Shown in pieces: positions 49,970-59,281 of a stretch of 64,000 bases of DNA; the first letter of the stretch is position 1; each line of letters begins with the position of its first letter. The stretch is from an uncultured virus (IMG/VR IMGVR_UViG_3300020472_003601). Its lineage: Duplodnaviria > Heunggongvirae > Uroviricota > Caudoviricetes. The position numbers were made by a program, and so were the translations under genes. The notes under the pieces were generated by a model. It made no database searches. It was given only the letters and a program-made list of their open reading frames with translations, and had not been told where the DNA came from. The DNA lies in the IMG/VR virus record IMGVR_UViG_3300020472_003601; one strand, 5' to 3'.

Positions 49970-50261
49970 TCGCTGTGGTTTCCTGAATTATGTCAAAAAT
50001 GTGGTTTTTGTCATTGTCTGATAATTCCACACTTGCTGAAGTAGACTTCGTTCGGATACCAATTAATTTAACTAATTGTTCGTTTGAGCGTTGCAGCGTC
50101 TCGATATGTTTCGCTGCAACTGGGCTAAGATATTTGTTTTGTTCTGCGTCGGTTGCTATTTGATTTGCAATTTCATTTAGAAATTCTCTTGCGACCTTTC
50201 TATCGTTTCGAATATTGTCGAGCGCTTCATCCATTAGGTTTTCTAAATTATTATTTTTCAT
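49956..50261 (-). CDS. Hypothetical helical protein
   Basis: 101-aa ORF overlapping both neighbours. Confidence 0.65.
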   Translation of the reverse strand: MKNNNLENLMDEALDNIRNDRKVAREFLNEIANQIATDAEQNKYLSPVAAKHIETLQRSNEQLVKLIGIRTKSTSASVELSDNDKNHIFDIIQETTANGLD

Positions 50262-50947
50262 ATTTCACCTTTCTCCCAGCTTTCCTTAAAATGTGAATAT
50301 TTTTTTCTAAATTTCTTTAAAGAATTCACAATTTGCTTGGTGTTCAAACCAGTAATCTCTCGAAGGTATAGGTAAATAGCTTTCTTGTTAAAAATCTCGA
50401 TGTCTTCCTTTGATTCGAATAAGATGTTTATAGCCTTATAAACCTTTAAGTCATTCTCTTTCATTTGAGTGACATCCCATGATTGAATCTCAGAATATAA
50501 CCTATCCCAGAATTCATCGTCCTCTCTTTGAGTCACATATGAGTCGTCTGTGGAAAGGTACTGTTCTTCGAAGCGTTTTGAAATGTTGTCATAATCTATT
50601 TCTCTTCTGTTTCTTTTTTGTTGTTTTTTAACTTTGTGGATAAACCAGTTTTTAGTGATGACTGAAAAATAAGAGAACGCTTTGGAACCCTTGCTGGGAT
50701 CATATTTGTCCACGATCGTCATCAGCCAGATCTTGCACTCATCTCGCAAATAATCTATATTTGGAAGATTGGTGAATTTATATGTAAAAACAATTTTATC
50801 CACCATTTCATCAAATGCAGGCTGAATTAAATTCACATACAATTCGGTTCGTTCTTGGATCGAGGTGCTTTTGGAATATTGTATTAAGGCATCTTCATGT
50901 ACCTGCGTAAAATAATGATTCTTACGTCTCTTCTGTTTCTTCTTCAT
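50258..50947 (-). CDS. Phage sigma factor, T4 gp55 (late sigma)-like
   Basis: NHYFT..EDALIQY and KYDPSKGSKAFSYFSVITKNWFIHKVKKQQK resemble the gp55-family 'FDP.KS..PFAYFTQI' region-2 pattern. It has a helical C-terminus (YLYLREITGLNTKQI). Confidence 0.7.
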   Translation of the reverse strand: MKKKQKRRKNHYFTQVHEDALIQYSKSTSIQERTELYVNLIQPAFDEMVDKIVFTYKFTNLPNIDYLRDECKIWLMTIVDKYDPSKGSKAFSYFSVITKNWFIHKVKKQQKRNRREIDYDNISKRFEEQYLSTDDSYVTQREDDEFWDRLYSEIQSWDVTQMKENDLKVYKAINILFESKEDIEIFNKKAIYLYLREITGLNTKQIVNSLKKFRKKYSHFKESWEKGEI

Positions 50948-51266
50948 TTTCTATTTCTTCTTCTATTTGCTCAAGATTTTCATCTTCTGTTAGAGAATAT
51001 ATATATTCAAACGTTTCGAGCTGTTCATTGAAGGAAATAGCATGTTTGAGTAGGTGGGAGAGAGTCTGATCTCCATAAAACGTGTCTAATTCATATACGG
51101 CTTTTAGGTGAGAAGCAAACGAGTTAACCATTTGGTTGAGATCTCCCAACTCCTCTGAGACGCTCAAGAGGCGCACAATGGCCCCACGAGCATATAAAAA
51201 CACACCTACATTAAATAACATTGACAATGTTAAGATTCCAATTAGTGATATCTCAAGACGGCTCAT
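50922..51266 (-). CDS. Hypothetical membrane protein
   Basis: N-terminal hydrophobic helix ISLIGILTLSMLFNVGVFLYA and an acidic tail. Confidence 0.65.
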   Translation of the reverse strand: MSRLEISLIGILTLSMLFNVGVFLYARGAIVRLLSVSEELGDLNQMVNSFASHLKAVYELDTFYGDQTLSHLLKHAISFNEQLETFEYIYSLTEDENLEQIEEEIENEEETEET

Positions 51267-51513
51267 ATGATTCCTTTTTTGCTTTCTTTTTTTCGTTTTC
51301 TAAAATTTCTTTATTTGCTTTAATATATTCTTTAGTTATATCGCCCACTTTTGCTGTTGAAAGATCCTTTCTCTTTTTGAGTGGCTTTGTTACAAGCTTG
51401 GTCGGGGCTACATTATGATCACAAATTTTACAAGAGTCCACGGTCTCACTCATACGATGAAAGACTTTGAACTCTTCTTTGCATTTTTCACATTTATACC
51501 AATACATTGGCAT
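51253..51513 (-). CDS. FmdB-family zinc-ribbon protein
   Basis: MPMYWYKCEKC..EF.VFH.MS....CKIC. Confidence 0.8.
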   Translation of the reverse strand: MPMYWYKCEKCKEEFKVFHRMSETVDSCKICDHNVAPTKLVTKPLKKRKDLSTAKVGDITKEYIKANKEILENEKKKAKKESYEPS

Positions 51514-51737
51514 TATTCTACCATTTTTTCTAAGTCGGATTCAGTAACCGAGCTTTCGTCAGAAAATCTCACAGTTGGTGGGTTCTTAACCACTAATCCT
51601 TCTTCGGTGCTAACCAATTCGAATCCTTTTAAGATTGGAACAATGTCCAATTCATTTAATAAAGATTCCTGCAAAGCCATCATTATCGAACCTAGTGCTT
51701 GATTTGATAACTTAAATTCAGTTGTTTGATTTTTCAT
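51513..51737 (-). CDS. Hypothetical protein
   Basis: Start moved to ATG 51737 (AGGAG RBS, ATGA overlap): MKNQTTEFKLSNQALGSIMMALQ... Confidence 0.65.
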   Translation of the reverse strand: MKNQTTEFKLSNQALGSIMMALQESLLNELDIVPILKGFELVSTEEGLVVKNPPTVRFSDESSVTESDLEKMVE

Positions 51738-52576
51738 TTTTTCTCCTTTTTGATTATTGCACGTCCGGTCATAGACAACCATTCGTGCTCTTTTCTTACA
51801 TTTAAATTTTTATTCCACACTGCGCTTAAGACACCGCAGTCTACGTTTTCAGACTCAAATGCCCACATTAGAGCATTCACATCTTTAGGAAAACAGTGTC
51901 CGCCGAAACCAAAATCCTTATCTGGTCCGGGTACCCTCCAGTGGCTGTTTCCCAGTCTTCGATCCTTGTGAGCAATTGATGCTACAAAATTATAATCTAT
52001 ATTTTTGCTTTCGCAAAATTGATAAAATTCATTACAAAAAGATACCTTTGTAGACAAAAACGCGTTTGTAAAATACTTTATACACTCGGCTTCTGAGTAG
52101 GTACTTTTTACGTACTCGGCTTTAGGAAACACAATTGAAAAAACTTCCTTAACTTTTTCAAAACTCTTTTCGTCGGAGCATCCTAAAATAATATGCTCCT
52201 GTGACTTAAAATCTTCTACAGCGTTTTTTTCCGTTAAGAATTCTGGATTAAATACCAAGGATAAATTTTGATATCTCCGCTGCCACTTAGCATGAGTTCC
52301 CGGAGGTACTGTAGATTTCGTAACCACTGTTTTGTTTTCAAATTCGTTTATCTGGCGCAAAGTATTCTCCACAATTTGACTATAGCACGTGCCATCTTCT
52401 CGCATAGGAGTTGGAAGACACACGAATAATATCTCACATTCCTCAACAAGCTCCTGCAGGGAGCTTGCTGTGCTTTTTTCTTTTACTATATCATAAGTTT
52501 TTATTTTTGTATTGTTTCTAAACACTGTCGTCAAAGAGCCACCCACAAATCCTTGACCTATTACGCCGATGTTCAT
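51734..52576 (-). CDS. ugd: UDP-glucose/GDP-mannose dehydrogenase family, short form lacking the C-terminal domain
   Basis: IGQGFVG, VCLPTP, KSTVPPG, FNPEFL, KYFTNAFL and the catalytic GFGGHCFPKD. Confidence 0.85.
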   Translation of the reverse strand: MNIGVIGQGFVGGSLTTVFRNNTKIKTYDIVKEKSTASSLQELVEECEILFVCLPTPMREDGTCYSQIVENTLRQINEFENKTVVTKSTVPPGTHAKWQRRYQNLSLVFNPEFLTEKNAVEDFKSQEHIILGCSDEKSFEKVKEVFSIVFPKAEYVKSTYSEAECIKYFTNAFLSTKVSFCNEFYQFCESKNIDYNFVASIAHKDRRLGNSHWRVPGPDKDFGFGGHCFPKDVNALMWAFESENVDCGVLSAVWNKNLNVRKEHEWLSMTGRAIIKKEKK

Positions 52577-52577
52577 G

Positions 52578-53579
52578 TTATTTTTTCTCTATCTGCTTGC
52601 AAATCCATTTATAGGTATTCTCCATCCCGTCTCGAAGAGGTTGTGATACTGACCACCCAATCTTCTCGCGGTAAAGAGTATTGTCGGAATTTCTACCATT
52701 GACTCCGATTGGGCATGGGTGGCCATACTTTTGTTCAAACTCATCCCCTTCAATATTATAAAGCGAAACACTCTTTCCAGATATGTCAATTGCCATGCGC
52801 ACAAATTCATTGATCGCGATCATTTCTTCTGAGCCAATGTTGACTGGTCCTTGGAAATCTCCATCCATAAATCGTCTGGTTGCCTCTATACATTCGTCGA
52901 TGTATAAAAAGGAACGCGTTTGAGTTCCGGGGCCCCACACCTCAACGGACTCGCCTTCGTTTGCAAGTGCAACTTTTCTGCAAAACGCTGCGGGTGCCTT
53001 CTCTCTGCCACCTTCCCATGTTCCTTCTGGTCCAAAAATATTATGATAGCGAGCAACGCGTACTATGAGTCCATAATTACGAGCGAATGCCAACCAGAGT
53101 CTTTCGCTGAATAACTTCTCCCAGCCATACTCGCTATCTGGATTAGCTGGATAGGCAGAATCCTCGACACAGTTAGGGTTGTCTGGGTCCATTTGATTGT
53201 GTTCTGGGTACATACACGCCGAAGATGAGTAAAAGACCCTCTGAATGCCCTTTTTGACCATTTGTTCGGCTATATTAAGGTTAATCATGGCAGAGTTGTG
53301 CATGATATCGGCGTCATTTTCACCTGTGAAAACGAATCCGGCGCCTCCCATATCTGCTGCAAACTGGTATATTTCATCTAAATCTTCCGTTACAACGTCA
53401 TTACACACTGTGGGATCTCTTAAATCTCCTACAATAAACTCATCAGCAACACTGTGAGCATCAAAAAACTCATGCTCTTTTAAGTCTACGCCTCGAACCC
53501 AGTGTCCCTCAGACTTCAATCTTTTCATCATGGCGCCGCCAATAAATCCGCCGGCTCCGCATACTAATATTCTTTTCAT
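52578..53579 (-). CDS. GDP-mannose 3,5-epimerase-like NAD-dependent epimerase
   Basis: GAGGFIG, AADMGGAGF, YSSSACMYP, YGWEK, HNIFGP, REKAPAAFCRK and QTRSF. Confidence 0.88.
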   Translation of the reverse strand: MKRILVCGAGGFIGGAMMKRLKSEGHWVRGVDLKEHEFFDAHSVADEFIVGDLRDPTVCNDVVTEDLDEIYQFAADMGGAGFVFTGENDADIMHNSAMINLNIAEQMVKKGIQRVFYSSSACMYPEHNQMDPDNPNCVEDSAYPANPDSEYGWEKLFSERLWLAFARNYGLIVRVARYHNIFGPEGTWEGGREKAPAAFCRKVALANEGESVEVWGPGTQTRSFLYIDECIEATRRFMDGDFQGPVNIGSEEMIAINEFVRMAIDISGKSVSLYNIEGDEFEQKYGHPCPIGVNGRNSDNTLYREKIGWSVSQPLRDGMENTYKWICKQIEKK

Positions 53580-53580
53580 T

Positions 53581-54177
53581 TTATTTCTCCTCTCTCTTCA
53601 TAGCTGTCTCCATACGGACCAGCTTACTATATTGTTCATTTCCATCAAAAACTTTGACCCCCGTAGACAAAACTGGTAATTCAAGTGTTTGTGAGAGCCC
53701 AAACAAAAATCGTTGAGGGTCTGTTACCATTGATTCATATGAAGTAAAATAAAAGGGCACTCCCGCCTCTTGAACATCATTTATAATGTTCCGATATCCT
53801 TGGGCTATGACCATATCAAAATTTCTGCGACGGCGTTGCTCGTGTCCTGATGCCACATTCTTTGGGTTCCAACAATGTGAATTGTAAAGACACCAATAAT
53901 CTCTCACCGGAATGAGAACGCGGATGTCCTGATAATTATGGAGCATTACGTCCTGTAAAATTTTCTTAGGGCTTGGCCACGGTCCTTCGCCTTGGTGCCC
54001 TGATGGGACACTGTATTTAAAAGCATATAATTCACTTCTTTCGGTGACAAGTTCGTGACCACAATTATGCTTTTTTCCGGTGGCGCCGAAGCCGTCAATT
54101 AATAAATTTAACAAGGCTTTGGTTCCGGTATGCTCAGGTCCAAAGATGGCAATGGCTCGTCGGTTTAGTTCTTTCAT
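53581..54177 (-). CDS. Sulfotransferase-like protein
   Basis: GPEHTGTK (5'-PSB-like loop), IPVRD....S (3'-PB-like) and SYESMVTDP. Confidence 0.55.
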   Translation of the reverse strand: MKELNRRAIAIFGPEHTGTKALLNLLIDGFGATGKKHNCGHELVTERSELYAFKYSVPSGHQGEGPWPSPKKILQDVMLHNYQDIRVLIPVRDYWCLYNSHCWNPKNVASGHEQRRRRNFDMVIAQGYRNIINDVQEAGVPFYFTSYESMVTDPQRFLFGLSQTLELPVLSTGVKVFDGNEQYSKLVRMETAMKREEK

Positions 54178-54626
54178 TGGTATTTCTCCTTATAGTATTT
54201 TTTCCAATCTAGCGGATAATCAGTACAGATTCCCGCAATCTTCTGTTCGATATGAAATGGTTTCCCACATTCTACCACATAACTGTCTTTGATGTAAACT
54301 CCCGGATAACACCAAATATTTTGTTTATTAGTTAAGGTCATCTCATCATTACGATGCCAAAACCACTGGAGGTCTGTTTTGATGGAGGTGATGTTTTCCA
54401 CAGCTTCGTAATTCTTCAGATGCAACCACATGTTGGGAGCGAAGAATGTGCTTTCAACTTCGTATTTTGGAGCGTCGTGCCCCAAAAACCACTTATCATC
54501 CTTAAACCAAACATCAACCTCCACACCAAAATGACTCAAAGCTTGTATAATGTAGTTTGGTTTGTTCTCCTCTTCGGGGCATGGTCCGCATAAGTTTCCC
54601 CTATGTGATACGATATTCATTCTCAT
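54174..54626 (-). CDS. Small glycerophosphodiesterase/PI-PLC-like protein
   Basis: VSHRGN, EEN, VEVDVW, LGHD, HLKN and GICTDY. Confidence 0.7.
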   Translation of the reverse strand: MRMNIVSHRGNLCGPCPEEENKPNYIIQALSHFGVEVDVWFKDDKWFLGHDAPKYEVESTFFAPNMWLHLKNYEAVENITSIKTDLQWFWHRNDEMTLTNKQNIWCYPGVYIKDSYVVECGKPFHIEQKIAGICTDYPLDWKKYYKEKYQ

Positions 54627-55255
54627 TCTGCCCTCCGTATAATATCAGCCATTAAATCATAGTTAACATCTTTCCAGCTTTTAATCTCATAGACAGAGGC
54701 GCCTGTTGCTCGGGCTGCTGCTAAACCCACTGCAGAGTCTTCAAAGATAATACACTCTTCTAAACCACAATCAATACGTGCTAAACTCATCAATGCGCGA
54801 ATGTAAGGTTCAGGATGAGGTTTTGGGTTGACAACATCATTGTTGGTAACCAGCACATCAACATATTCCATAAGCCCTATGTGCTCAAGAAGCATCCGAG
54901 TCGATTGACCATTCGCGTTTGTCACAACAGCAATCTTAATATCTTGTTCGGTCAAGTGCTGGAAGGCTTCTCTTTTGCAGAAATAGTGCTTAGGGTTTAA
55001 TTCTAACATAAGCTCATTGGCAATTTTCTTTTTATCTTCGTATATTGTTTCTACCTGATCCATATTAATGTAGCCCTTATCGCAAAACTTGATAAGCTTA
55101 GCTTTGGTGGTAATTGTAGAATGGACAATATCCAAATCACTAGGATGCCTAACATCGAACCCGTTGCGACCAAGGGCGCGGACGATTGAACGCGCCTGAA
55201 TGTCTGTAGTGTCAACGAGAACGCCGTCAAAATCAAAGATGAAAGCCTTATACAT
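54623..55255 (-). CDS. HAD-family phosphatase (beta-PGM-like)
   Basis: FDFDGVLVD, VVTN, KPHPEPY and FEDS. Confidence 0.88.
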   Translation of the reverse strand: MYKAFIFDFDGVLVDTTDIQARSIVRALGRNGFDVRHPSDLDIVHSTITTKAKLIKFCDKGYINMDQVETIYEDKKKIANELMLELNPKHYFCKREAFQHLTEQDIKIAVVTNANGQSTRMLLEHIGLMEYVDVLVTNNDVVNPKPHPEPYIRALMSLARIDCGLEECIIFEDSAVGLAAARATGASVYEIKSWKDVNYDLMADIIRRAE

Positions 55256-55256
55256 G

Positions 55257-55973
55257 CTATTCTCGTGGATGGTGTGTTAGATAATGATTCAGATCCTCGG
55301 GTGTTCCAAGACCCCACATTCTGTCGATGTGAAAGACCTTGACTTTCTGGTTGTCTTCGCATGCCTGATTATAAACTGGACAAACATAAAACTCATTATT
55401 CGTGCGAATGTCGCGCTCAATCATTTGCTCAGCATACTTGACATAATCAGAACCCTTGCGGAAGTAATATACTCCAGCGGTGGCGATGTTACTGATGGGA
55501 TTCTTCTCTGCGACTTCTGTTACGAAGCCATCGTCGCCCAGCTTGGCAAAACTCCACTTGGGATGAGTTGCTTCAAAGGTGAGAATACCGCCATCAACCT
55601 CGTCGGCTACCATAGAATACATAAACTCGTTACTGTTCCACTCGAAAACCTGATCAGAGTTTGAGATGACCAAAGGCTCATCATTATTGATAAACTCCTT
55701 TGCCAACAGAGTAGTACACGCGGCGCCCTCAGTAACTCCATCCACCTGTACGATAACACAATCCGGTGAGATGAGGTTTAATAATTGCTGCACATTATAT
55801 TTCTCATAATGAGACTTCTGCACAATGTAGATGTGACGAGCTTCGATGTTTAGATTCTCAATCACTAGTTGAATCATTGGCTTGCCATTAACATCAATCA
55901 GCGGCTTGGGAAATGTATACCCCGCCCTTTCAAATCGACTGCCGGCACCTGCCATTGGGATTAATACGTTCAT
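55257..55973 (-). CDS. Sugar-phosphate nucleotidyltransferase (dTDP-glucose pyrophosphorylase-like)
   Basis: IPMAGAGSRF, PKPLI, TEGAACT, NSDQ, AEKNPIS and GLGTPEDL. Confidence 0.85.
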   Translation of the reverse strand: MNVLIPMAGAGSRFERAGYTFPKPLIDVNGKPMIQLVIENLNIEARHIYIVQKSHYEKYNVQQLLNLISPDCVIVQVDGVTEGAACTTLLAKEFINNDEPLVISNSDQVFEWNSNEFMYSMVADEVDGGILTFEATHPKWSFAKLGDDGFVTEVAEKNPISNIATAGVYYFRKGSDYVKYAEQMIERDIRTNNEFYVCPVYNQACEDNQKVKVFHIDRMWGLGTPEDLNHYLTHHPRE

Positions 55974-56590
55974 AATCTACGATCCTTTGGATATACATAT
56001 AGATATCCTTCATGATCCCATATTGGTTCTATGGAGTGAGTGGCACCAATTAAATCCTCAACAAAGGAAACTCCATTTTTATGAGGAAAATAGTTTGGAT
56101 ATTTCTGCCTTAGCTTGTCGCAATCTGGGTGTGAATCCCATGGATATTGAAAGGGTCCTTCGATATACACCCTCAAATCGTCAATTAAAAAATAATCATT
56201 AGTGATGTCACGATTTTTAACTATTAATTCAAATTCTTTTTCTAACGGAAAGATAACTTCTTCGTCTTCCGTAAAAAAGGGATATTTTTTTGTATCTTCC
56301 GGTATATGTGCATCTAACCAATAGAAACACGACGAGTAGTTTTCTATACTTTTCAGCACAAGCGGCATCTTATCGATGGAATTGCCGTGCCATAAGGATA
56401 TGTTTTTTGCATGTGAGAATTTAGCTCTCGCGCTGTTGAAATATCCTTCGTTTATTTCAATTGAATGTAGCTCAAGGAATCCTCCATTCTTGTGTGCATA
56501 TTCTAAACCTACTCCGTCTTGAGTTCCGGTTTCCACAAAACTTTCAATTCCCGCGAAACGATTTAAATCAAAATTTCTTAATATTCCCAT
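55970..56590 (-). CDS. SAM-dependent methyltransferase-like protein
   Basis: FVETGTQDGVG, HSIEIN, GNS, YWLDAH and LIDDLR. Confidence 0.65.
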   Translation of the reverse strand: MGILRNFDLNRFAGIESFVETGTQDGVGLEYAHKNGGFLELHSIEINEGYFNSARAKFSHAKNISLWHGNSIDKMPLVLKSIENYSSCFYWLDAHIPEDTKKYPFFTEDEEVIFPLEKEFELIVKNRDITNDYFLIDDLRVYIEGPFQYPWDSHPDCDKLRQKYPNYFPHKNGVSFVEDLIGATHSIEPIWDHEGYLYVYPKDRRL

Positions 56591-56634
56591 TTTAGTGAAC
56601 TCCTTCTGCTGCTCTTCGATGACTGTTGTTTTTA

Positions 56635-57453
56635 TTAATCGGCATAATATTCTCCGTCGGCTTCATAGGTGTACCAGTATCCAGAATTGTATTTTTCCCA
56701 ATCTAGCTTAATGCGTGGTAGGGGCTGAAATAGTGAGTCCTTAATTGAGTCATAAAATTCCATTACCTTCGGACGATGTGCTGAATCATCCAGCAAGCAA
56801 TTTCTCCAGTCTCCAACATGTTCAATAGCCTCTTCAAAAAATAGAGCGTAGTAATGCATACCAATATACATGGGAGAACGAATGTGCTCAGTAAAATAAT
56901 TTGGAGGACAAATGGGGCCCGGATAGGGAGGCTCCGTACTAAGCGGCAAGGAAAACAACCTTAATAGGTCTTCTCTGTGTCCCATGTAAATGTGATCTTG
57001 GGGGTGGTAGGGGTAATTCCGATGATTTCCAATAACAAAAATCTTACTCTTTTGTTTTTCTCCGGAGTCTAGATATGATAGACTTTCTTGGTTCTTGTGT
57101 TCTATAAAGAAGTCATAAATTTTATGAAAACTCTCATGATGAATCTTTTCATCGGATCGCACTTTAAAAACTACGTCTTGGGTTGTTCTCTTGAGTCCCT
57201 CTAAAGAAGATACAATTTGTAGATTTACATTACCGGGTCCAAAAGCGTCTGGTTTTTTGTTTCGAAGAAGTTCTATATTGTGTTGTTCTAAATCGCCCTG
57301 AAGAGTGGGGCCATTTACAAGACCCGCAAGTTTTGGATCGTCTTCCCATGTGGAAATAACCACTTTATCCACAAAATCTAATTTCTGATAATGAAACGCG
57401 GTTGGTATTGTGCTGTTCCATAGTCCTCCCTGTATGATGATGTCTATTTTCAT
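56635..57453 (-). CDS. WavE-like LPS/glycan synthesis protein
   Basis: IIIQG, VVISTW, NVNLQIVSSLEGL, KVRSD and QDHIYMG..EDLLRLF. Confidence 0.7.
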   Translation of the reverse strand: MKIDIIIQGGLWNSTIPTAFHYQKLDFVDKVVISTWEDDPKLAGLVNGPTLQGDLEQHNIELLRNKKPDAFGPGNVNLQIVSSLEGLKRTTQDVVFKVRSDEKIHHESFHKIYDFFIEHKNQESLSYLDSGEKQKSKIFVIGNHRNYPYHPQDHIYMGHREDLLRLFSLPLSTEPPYPGPICPPNYFTEHIRSPMYIGMHYYALFFEEAIEHVGDWRNCLLDDSAHRPKVMEFYDSIKDSLFQPLPRIKLDWEKYNSGYWYTYEADGEYYAD

Positions 57454-57459
57454 GATTAT

Positions 57460-57828
57460 TTAATCTCCTTTTATGACCCTGTGGCTATCGCTGTCAAAGT
57501 GTTGAGTGGAAAACTCGAACAACTCTGAATCTTCTAAAGCAACCATCTGGTGTCGTAATCCGCGGTAAACATGGAAATTATCTCCGGGATTCAATATCAA
57601 TTGTTTAGCTTTGGTAATATCGTCTTCTTCGGAATAGTATAACATCATTTTACCGGATTGCAAATAAAAAACTTCATCTTTTAATATATGATAATGCCAA
57701 GAGCACCGTTTGCTTCTATTAAAAAATAATAATTTTCCACAATATTCTTCATTGTTAACAATCCAGCGCTCCCAGCCCCAGCCTTTATCTACGTGCTTCA
57801 TCGGAAGTTTGTGCGTTTTCTTACTCAT
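57460..57828 (-). CDS. Cupin (sugar isomerase-like)
   Basis: VDKGWGWE, YCGKLL, SWHYH..KDEVFY, LRHQM and FEFST. Confidence 0.8.
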   Translation of the reverse strand: MSKKTHKLPMKHVDKGWGWERWIVNNEEYCGKLLFFNRSKRCSWHYHILKDEVFYLQSGKMMLYYSEEDDITKAKQLILNPGDNFHVYRGLRHQMVALEDSELFEFSTQHFDSDSHRVIKGD

Positions 57829-58163
57829 TCAAAACTCGCCTCCATTGTAGTAAAAAAATTGACGTCCCTCATTCCTTTGTCGTCGATATAAAGATCTCCG
57901 GATGGCTTGCCTAAGAATAATTCATGAAATTTAACACCCCAATTTAACAATTGAGTACGCGTAAGTTCATAAAAAGCTTCATGAGCATATGTAAAAGAGT
58001 TGTTAGATCTTCCCATTCCTCTAGCTGTGTAGAGTGTTATTTTGTTTCCTTCTTTATATAATCTATTGACAACATCTATTCTCTCTTGAATTGGTTGAGA
58101 ATTCTCATAATCGCCGTCGATAGTTTCGCAAAGAGTCCCATCTATGTCAAACACATAGTTCAT
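57825..58163 (-). CDS. Small HAD-like phosphatase (capsule-biosynthesis type)
   Basis: FDIDGTLC, YTARG and GKPSGDLYIDDK. Confidence 0.8.
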   Translation of the reverse strand: MNYVFDIDGTLCETIDGDYENSQPIQERIDVVNRLYKEGNKITLYTARGMGRSNNSFTYAHEAFYELTRTQLLNWGVKFHELFLGKPSGDLYIDDKGMRDVNFFTTMEASFE

Positions 58164-58929
58164 CTATATCCTCCTTGGTCAATACATAGGTTCCAAATTT
58201 TGTCACTGAGTAGGATGCACACTTATTGGCAAACTCTATGGCGCGTGCCATGGAGCCGTGTTTCATGTATTTGTAGACTAAGGAAGCCATAAACACATCG
58301 CCTGCGCCACACACATCGAATACTTCAACTTTATTGGTGCGATAAATTTTATTTTTATATACACAACCGCCATCACCCATCGTCACAATAAGTTCGTAAT
58401 TTTCAGGATAGTTCGTTATCTTTTCATATTCTAATTCATTTATCTTCAAAATAGCCCCCTCAAAGCATGACAAGTCGCGCTTCTTTGAATCCACAAAAAG
58501 AGGAATATTTTGGCGCGCGCATAACTGAGAGATTTCGGTGCACACTTCGGGGAGCAGAAATCCCTTATCATAATCGCTAATTACAAGAACATCTACATCT
58601 TCAAAATCGTGCTTTTGGAATTTATATGGCTCAATGTCTTGAATTTCGTTTCTGTCTACGCGTAACATATGCTGCTTTGAGCGTTCGTCTATGTAGCGAT
58701 GTTTTTCTATATTATTTCTGTCGGTGATGTGATCTGTAGTTATTTCAAAGGCTCGTAGATTCAGAAATACATTTAGCGCCATTCCGGGGCGGATCTCGGT
58801 TTCAGTCTCCTGAAAAACTGGAACAGGTGCCTCTGGACTCAGACGACTACATTCGCCATAGTGGTATACATCCACGCACGCATCACCCATTAGTAATACT
58901 TTCAATGATTTTTGTTGTTGAGTATTCAT
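58147..58929 (-). CDS. rfaE1: D-glycero-D-manno-heptose-7-phosphate kinase (HldE/RfaE domain I, PfkB family)
   Basis: GDACVD.Y.YG.C.RLSPEAPVPV, SDYDKG, FVDSK, KINE and DVCGAGD. Confidence 0.88.
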   Translation of the reverse strand: MNTQQQKSLKVLLMGDACVDVYHYGECSRLSPEAPVPVFQETETEIRPGMALNVFLNLRAFEITTDHITDRNNIEKHRYIDERSKQHMLRVDRNEIQDIEPYKFQKHDFEDVDVLVISDYDKGFLLPEVCTEISQLCARQNIPLFVDSKKRDLSCFEGAILKINELEYEKITNYPENYELIVTMGDGGCVYKNKIYRTNKVEVFDVCGAGDVFMASLVYKYMKHGSMARAIEFANKCASYSVTKFGTYVLTKEDIDELCV

Positions 58930-59281
58930 CTATTCTATCAAAATATCCTAGGATTTTAGCATGTTCAGAGCCGATTACGCGTTTTCCTTGCCAATCAGAT
59001 CCGACAATCATATAATCTGGGGCATATCCTTGGATCGCTGTTTCTAATTCTTCGTCACTATCAAATATTACCACATCATTGACCCACTTTAAATTAAGCA
59101 AGAACTCTTTTCTTATTATTTCTGAATTAATCGGGCGGTCGGCGCCTTTAGATTGTCTTACTCGCCTGTCAGAATCAATGCCCACCATGACATGACTCCC
59201 CATCATAGCGCAACGCTTAAGCAGGCTTAAATGCCCAAGGTGCAATATATCAAAACATCCGTTAGTAAAGACTTTAATCAT
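58883..59281 (-). CDS. rfaE2: Heptose-1-phosphate adenylyltransferase (HldE/RfaE domain II)
   Basis: VFTNGCFDILHLGH, KGADRPIN, GSDW and YSTTKII. Confidence 0.85.
   Translation of the reverse strand: MIKVFTNGCFDILHLGHLSLLKRCAMMGSHVMVGIDSDRRVRQSKGADRPINSEIIRKEFLLNLKWVNDVVIFDSDEELETAIQGYAPDYMIVGSDWQGKRVIGSEHAKILGYFDRIDEYSTTKIIESITNG

Noticed and set aside
51734..52576. Truncated ugd pseudogene
   Set aside because: The catalytic Cys motif, start and stop coupling are intact, so it is more consistent with a naturally short form.
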